Source of the DNA: Amoebidium appalachense
Lineage: Eukaryota; Protista; Ichthyosporea
Direction: 5' to 3'
Assembly (NCBI GenBank): GCA_963693365.1
Contig: CAVNZM010000008.1
Span: 10,317,172 to 10,381,171 of the forward strand
Length of the DNA stretch: 64,000 nucleotides
The first letter of the stretch is position 1. Every line of letters begins with the position of its first letter. Positions 1 through 64,000 of the stretch are shown piece by piece. A model generated the notes under the pieces. The model made no database searches and was not told the DNA's origin. It saw nothing but the letters and a program-made list of their open reading frames with translations. The translations under genes were made by a program, and so were the position numbers.

Positions 1-14
1 CGGTGATGGTGATA

Positions 15-185
<171 letters not shown>

Positions 186-243
186 GGGAGGTGGTTGGGT
201 GGCTGGGGAGGGGGCGAGTGGGGGGAGTAAGGAATTGCATACG

Positions 244-4952
<4,709 letters not shown>

Positions 4953-5181
4953 GTTTACACAACGTCTCTTGGTTGGCCAGAGTTATTCTGCAATTCCGTG
5001 ACTCTGGTAATGATCAACTTTGTCACTGCGTTGACAGAGGGCATCAGCAAGAAAACGAGAAAACACGTGCTATAATGACTGATGGTTTAGGCTCCAGAAC
5101 CTATACCAGCTGATAACCTTGTGTTAATACGACCCATACACAAGCACTGCACAATTGGATGCAAAGCACTGCACAATTGGT

Positions 5182-5215
<34 letters not shown>

Positions 5216-6537
5216 ACACACACGCACACCCTTCTCCCCCCCCCCCTCCCTCCCCCCCCCCCCCCCTTCTCCTTTCCTCCTCCACCCCAGAACATGCTAT
5301 AACTGTGGATATTCGGATAGTATTATTTGCGGCCTATAAAACATACTTACACGCTACAGTTTTCTTACACGAATTCTTGCATTATATATGTCGTCAGTGG
5401 TAGAGACCAAGGCCCCCATGCATAGCTTACGAGGCCAGGTAGACCTAATGACACGAGTGGGAGAGACCGGGCCTTCACTAATAAGGGAACAATAATTTTA
5501 GAGCAGGATAAAAGATTTAGGAAACACAACATGAAGGCATGGTCTTCACAGATAAAAACATCAGCTCGCTTTATTACACACACAGCCACGGTGCTTTCAC
5601 CAACTCACCCCATGTGCAGTGGTGCACTTTTCATTAAACCTGCCGCCGCGCCGTTGTGGAATTTGTTGTCACTATTTTCGGCCCAGAGCAATGCGAAAAA
5701 TAAGTGATTGCGAAATGTCGGGCTCAGGTGTGGTCTGAGTGTCAAGAGTGTGAAACCGTACCGAAAAAGCTCTATAACCGAGCACCATAGTCGCTCAACA
5801 TAATAGCCTGCTTTTTTCATACAACATGGATATGTAAAAGCGCAGGTGTGTTGTTTATTTCTGTAAGTGAATGTGCTGTGGGCTTCTGGGCATCTGTGAA
5901 GGTCCAGGTGAGGTACTTAAAAAATGTTTACCGCGCTTGCCCAGGCTAATGTTGGAAGGTGGGGAGCTGAACACAAAATGTAATTTTCACACATTCAAAG
6001 AAAGTACAATACAGAGCCTCTAAAGATTAAACTCAGAGAAAGCCCTTTTAAAATCCATCATAAAAAACCTTTTGGTCTAAATAGCATTGTTTTTACTTAT
6101 TAACTTTTTTTGCCGTTGCACGAACTGTAGTGTAGGGTCGACAATGCTCGAAAATTTGTCCTGAGGAAGGGAGGGCTAATCGCAAACATGAGCAAGGGGG
6201 TACGATAACGCAAAAAAATTCACGGCCCCCAGGCCTACTCACTCACCGCTGGTCCTGAGACTGGCCAGCGGAGGAGACACCACAACTTTAAACCTGTTCG
6301 CACACAGGACGAGTGAAAGGGAAAGAAAGTTTCTGCTGTGTGGGTTATACGTAGCACTCAAACGTCTTTCAGCAAAGGGTTATATACTTTTTCACCCAGC
6401 CCGAAGGAACGGGCAGATGCGGGTGCTTTCTTGTCCTCGTGCTTGAAGAGCACGCAAAGACCTACCAGACATCTATAGGCAGTACAACTATTCACCCCAT
6501 CCAATATTTGATTATCTCTGCTTGTCAAAACTCGAAA
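4953..6537. promoter_or_regulatory. Divergent (head-to-head) intergenic region, likely holding promoters/5' UTRs of the oxidoreductase and PLC-gamma genes
   Basis: About 1.6 kb between the - strand ATG at 4952 and the + strand ATG at 6538. Comparatively poor in microsatellites. No specific motif identified. Confidence 0.45.
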
Positions 6538-33435
<26,898 letters not shown>

Positions 33436-34384
33436 AAAAGCCGTCAACGGTCAAAAATATTCACCAACCAACGACTGAGCATATGTTATGCTCGGGGATT
33501 GCGATTTACACACCACACAGACAAACACAAATGCAAATACGCACATAAATTTACGCGGACACATACACCTGCGCTTGTCAATACACCTGCCCACACACAA
33601 AAAATGTCGGTGGAAGTTCTTAATGGCTTTTTTCTTTCACTCATGTGCTAGGCTGTTGTTTTTGTTAGGTATAATAGTACGGGCCGAACTGTGCGGTCTT
33701 CTTGAAGGTTAGAATCGAATACATGATTGACTATTGCTGCTGTCAAGAGTTTTCTCGTTCAGGGTTTATGTTATGGGAACTTTATAGTACTAAAATCATG
33801 TTGGCTTGATTCCTGTGGTGTTTGACTCCAATACACAGTGTGGACGACCATGATCTTGCATCTTAAAATAGACATGTGTCGCCCTTGTGGTCTGTAAATT
33901 AAATTCGACTATGTTTAAATTTAATACTCGTTCGTGGATTATGCGGCACGGCCATCGATCGATATCTGTGTGTCTTACAGCGGCGCTTTTGTGAAATTCT
34001 GGGAGCTATTTTTCTCTCACTTGTACCGATAAGGGCTTGATAACGTTTTCCAACACAAGGACATTAGCTGGTGGCTTTGACAAATTATCGGTTTGTACAT
34101 TTGATGTGGTGTGTTTTTGCGAGCATTCTATCGGAAATAGGAAGTATAAGAGAATATATATAATGAAACTAATCTCCCTTTGGTCCTTTCGATATTCAAG
34201 TCCTTCCTTTCACTTTTGTGGTGTTGCAATTAGTTGATGTATATCCCTTTTCTGATTTTCCTGTTATGGTAGCCATTAGGTATCGTGTACCCTAGTTTGA
34301 TGTAGAACAGACTTGTGCATTGCCCGGTGCCTGTGCACAATGCACTCAATTATATAAATCCGGTGTCAGAACAAATTGTCCTCG

Positions 34385-34620
34385 TGCCTCCCCCCTCCCC
34401 CCCCCCCCCCTCCCTCCCTCTCCGACCACCACCACCCCGGCCCCTTGATTTTCCCTTTTTTTTTTTTTTTTTGGACCCCCCCCCCCCCGTCAAACCCCCC
34501 CCCTCCCCCCCCCCGGCGTCCAAAAAAAAAAAAAAAAAAAAGGAAAATCAAGGGGCCGGGGTGGTGGTGGTCGGAGAGGGGGGAGGGAGGGGGGGGGGGG
34601 GGGGGGGGGGGGGGAGGGCA
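34385..34620. repeat. Long inverted (fold-back) repeat
   Basis: Left arm (C)n-CTCTCCGACCACCACCACCCCGGCCCCTTGATTTTCC-(T)n-GGAC is mirrored by GTCC-(A)n-GGAAAATCAAGGGGCCGGGGTGGTGGTGGTCGGAGAG-(G)n, around a ~40-nt C-rich spacer. Confidence 0.85.
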
Positions 34621-34954
34621 CACTCAGAAAGAGAACGAGGAAAGAGATCTAGAGAGCGAGAGAGAGAGAGAAGAAATTACCATGACCACGTGCACCACCA
34701 CCGCCGGCCATGCACACTGGGCTGGCCCTGGACCTGGCACTCTCGGACACAACGTATAAAATTATGGTGCAACTTGCCCACATGCTGTACTCAACATGAT
34801 GGCCTTTCAAACCAGTTTGAACCTGGACAGCTTATGCGCATGTGCACGATCACGAGCGACACCCATAGCTAGGTATAAGTCAACCTGCCCTTACGTACAG
34901 GTAATCCCCCCTCCTCCCCCCCCCCCCCCCCCCCCCTCCCCCCCACACACACAC

Positions 34955-34990
<36 letters not shown>

Positions 34991-35726
34991 GTGGCGCGCG
35001 CACACGTGCACACACACACGTGTACACTGTACACACACCGGGGCCCGTGACATGTACACACTACACAGGTGCGCAGCCGCGTGACTGTGTGTAATCGATA
35101 TCGCACCAATGAAAACACGCGAGCATGATGAAAATGATCGAATTGATGCTTTTAGATTAGTCATATATGGCTTATAAGTTATAACGGCGCAATTTACATG
35201 TATGCATTGGTTTATCACCGAACCTGCTCTGTTCATCTGTTTTTTAATTGGTTGTTTGTCATTTATGGCTCATGCTTATTGCATTCCATTGCATACCAGT
35301 GCCCCATATTGGTGCAAAAGCACAAAGCATGCCTGAGTGTACCTACACGGTTTGTTTGAGACGGAAAGAACAACAATGTTGTAGTGAACTGGAGTGAGTT
35401 CAACTGAGTTGCCTATTTTTTAAGTGTCACGTTGACGGTCAGCGTAAGTACGAGATATCTTTTGTGATTACTCAGATCTTTTTAAACGATATTAGTGCAA
35501 TGACAATCCAGTAGAAAATTTTCGGAAAGGGCCTTGTCTGGCCTTGTCATGCATGACTGGCGGCTGTCTGAAACATACCCAACATACAACTCACTTGCCA
35601 AGTGGTGACTAGAAATCATCGCACTAAATTAGCAACCAAGCACATTACACGACGTTTTTGCGCAGACCAGAGCCTTACAATACCGTTTTTTGGGAACGTT
35701 TTGAGTCCGACACAGAGCGCGCAAAC

Positions 35727-39356
<3,630 letters not shown>

Positions 39357-39407
39357 GATGGAGATATAACGGGGGGGGGGGGGGGGGGGGGGGAGGGGGT
39401 ATTTTTA

Positions 39408-39461
<54 letters not shown>

Positions 39462-40192
39462 GTTGTTGTGTGTGGGGTTGAAAGTTGGAGAAGTGAAAAG
39501 AGACGTGGTGGGGTTAATAGGTGAAGTATTTTATGGAAAAATGCGGCCAGATTGTATTTTTAGTGTCGTGTCGCATGTTTTATGTTTTGCTTGTTTTGCT
39601 TGCAGTTAGGGAGTTGCCATCAAGTTATACTGCCATTTGTTATTATGTATGCAAGGTTGAGGTGTTATGGCAAAGAAAAACAAACAACATGCAGGTAGGG
39701 TTCGATCTCTTTAGTACCCGATTACCCGATTCGAACCTACGTACAGGGGCTGTGTCATCATGATAATGTTAGAAATTCCGCCCTTAGGGGTTCAAGTGGT
39801 CTTCAAAGATTGTGTACTATAAATAGCAGTTACGCGCATGGCGATTATTAGCTATAGCTGGGATGATGTGGTTGTTGCATAGTATATGCCTAGGTATCGT
39901 CTGGAGACGCAGATCGTGAGCTCGAGCCGTACGTAGGCTGGTTGAGCTGTCTTCAAAAAAAAATACGTCTGTATGTGTGAAGTTTGATTTCAACTCGGTT
40001 TGTGCAGCTGGTGTGTGTCCGGACGTGTGTTCTGTGCATGTGGGCAGTACCACGTGTGCACGAGCCGGGTGCACATATGCATGTGTGTGTGCCCACTAGG
40101 CGACGAGGGAGGCCGTGTGCTACGGCGGCCGCAGCGGCGGCACGATGATTATTTATGTTAGTGTGTTGGTGGCGGCGTGCATGTGTGTGTGT

Positions 40193-40234
<42 letters not shown>

Positions 40235-41137
40235 ATGGTCATGGGGAAGGGAGGGGGAGGGAGGTTCGAAGAGGGGGGGAAGGGGAGGAGGATTGTAATT
40301 CAATCCGGACCGGATGGACAAAATCATGTGCACTGGCAGTAACTGAATATTCAACTAGGTGTGCAAAATAATAGAGACTAGTCTATTACAGGCGCATGAT
40401 TACGTGTACGTACGCGACAAGTACTACAGAATCGCCGAATGGGTAGTTCTAACATATACAGGCAATTTACAATGCGCCGTTCTGCTGCATACATAGGTTT
40501 AATTGATGTCGGTATGCTGATGAAGGTAGAGCACCAGAGTGGGGGAAACGGAATGAATTGACGTACATTTTTGCGAATGATATTGGCATCTTGGATATGA
40601 GGTATGTGCCCCCCCCCCCCCCCCCCCCCCCGGGGGCCCCCTCCCCCTCCCCGGCCCTCGGTGCAAGATTATACTTGACAACAAACGGGCATGATTGTGT
40701 GTGTGCAACAAACCAGTGGATGTGTCTGGTCTGCCAGACGCAAGTGATAGAGAAATATGTGTACGACCACCTTGCGGTTTATTTTTTGACCAGGATTACA
40801 TTTGGATGATACCAGATATACCTCGATTTGCTCAATGCTGTCCACAATTGTACAACCATGAAACTCGGGCTAGAAATGTTCGTTTACATACAGAAAATCA
40901 TGCAGCAATCACCCGCAGAGTGTATCAACCCTACCATGTACTATCGTTTCGATGCAATTTTTTTTTTCCAGAACCCCGTAATTAAACCCCACGAGATACA
41001 CTGGGGATACAAGTTGAGCCCCAGATACATAGGGGATACAAGTTGAGCCCCGGGCCTACATTCCCACATTTCATATATTATACGCCATACGGGCAATCAA
41101 CTGTAGGTGATTCTATCCTGCTGCCGCAGAAAAAAGC

Positions 41138-41168
<31 letters not shown>

Positions 41169-41298
41169 TTTCACACACACAAAAAAAATGAACAAAAAAA
41201 GTACCCAACAAAGAACAAACGAACCAAGGAACAGGAGAGAGGAAGGAGAACAAAAACAGATGCCCCAAACAAACCACACCGGCATCGCACGCAATTGT

Positions 41299-63725
<22,427 letters not shown>

Positions 63726-64000
63726 TTTGCGGTCAGAGGGCGGCAAGCGCCGCACACACTATTGAAAGACAAACTCAAAAAGTTGTGGTGAATTATAAGA
63801 ACAGAAAACGTAGCTATTCTATATTACGTTTCTTGTTGGGGCTCAGAAACATCTGCAAACACTTCTCGAAACTGAAACGAGAATCGTCTTACTGAAACTC
63901 AGCTGACAACTTCAAAGCTTGCACAGTCAAACGAGTGAGCCTCACGCGAAAACTGTGACGCAAAGGATCGTAACCGGATCTTTCATTTGCGTAAATCGTC

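Noticed and set aside
40994-41050. Short tandem duplication (GATACA..GGGGATACAAGTTGAGCCCC x2); a similar one at 5141-5180
   Set aside because: Simple local duplications with no further structure.

Overview
Intron-rich eukaryotic genomic DNA, densely packed with (CA)n/(TG)n microsatellites and C/G and A/T homopolymers. Most ORFs in the supplied track are artefacts of these repeats. Hand-splicing gives four protein-coding genes: (1) a VAT-1/quinone-oxidoreductase-like MDR gene (- strand, 3' end outside the window); (2) a 35-exon phospholipase C-gamma (+) with an unexpected C-terminal coiled-coil plus C1 domain; (3) an F-box/LRR gene (+); (4) the 27-exon spliceosomal helicase DHX8/Prp22 (-). An SH2-SH2-SH3 PLC-gamma suggests a holozoan, possibly a unicellular relative of animals (inference only). 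The strongest novel signal is a family of about 10 intronic repeats that look like retroposon 3' ends. They are variably 5'-truncated, share one 3' terminus followed by poly(C) instead of poly(A), mostly sit inside C-tracts, stack in tandem, all lie sense to the host gene, and carry a pseudoknotted RNA fold that co-varies between subfamilies. Also seen: C-tracts just downstream of weak 5' splice sites, repeated local duplication of splice junctions, two MITEs, and a one-base frameshift in the SH3 exon. All coordinates and counts were read by eye and may be off by a few bases.
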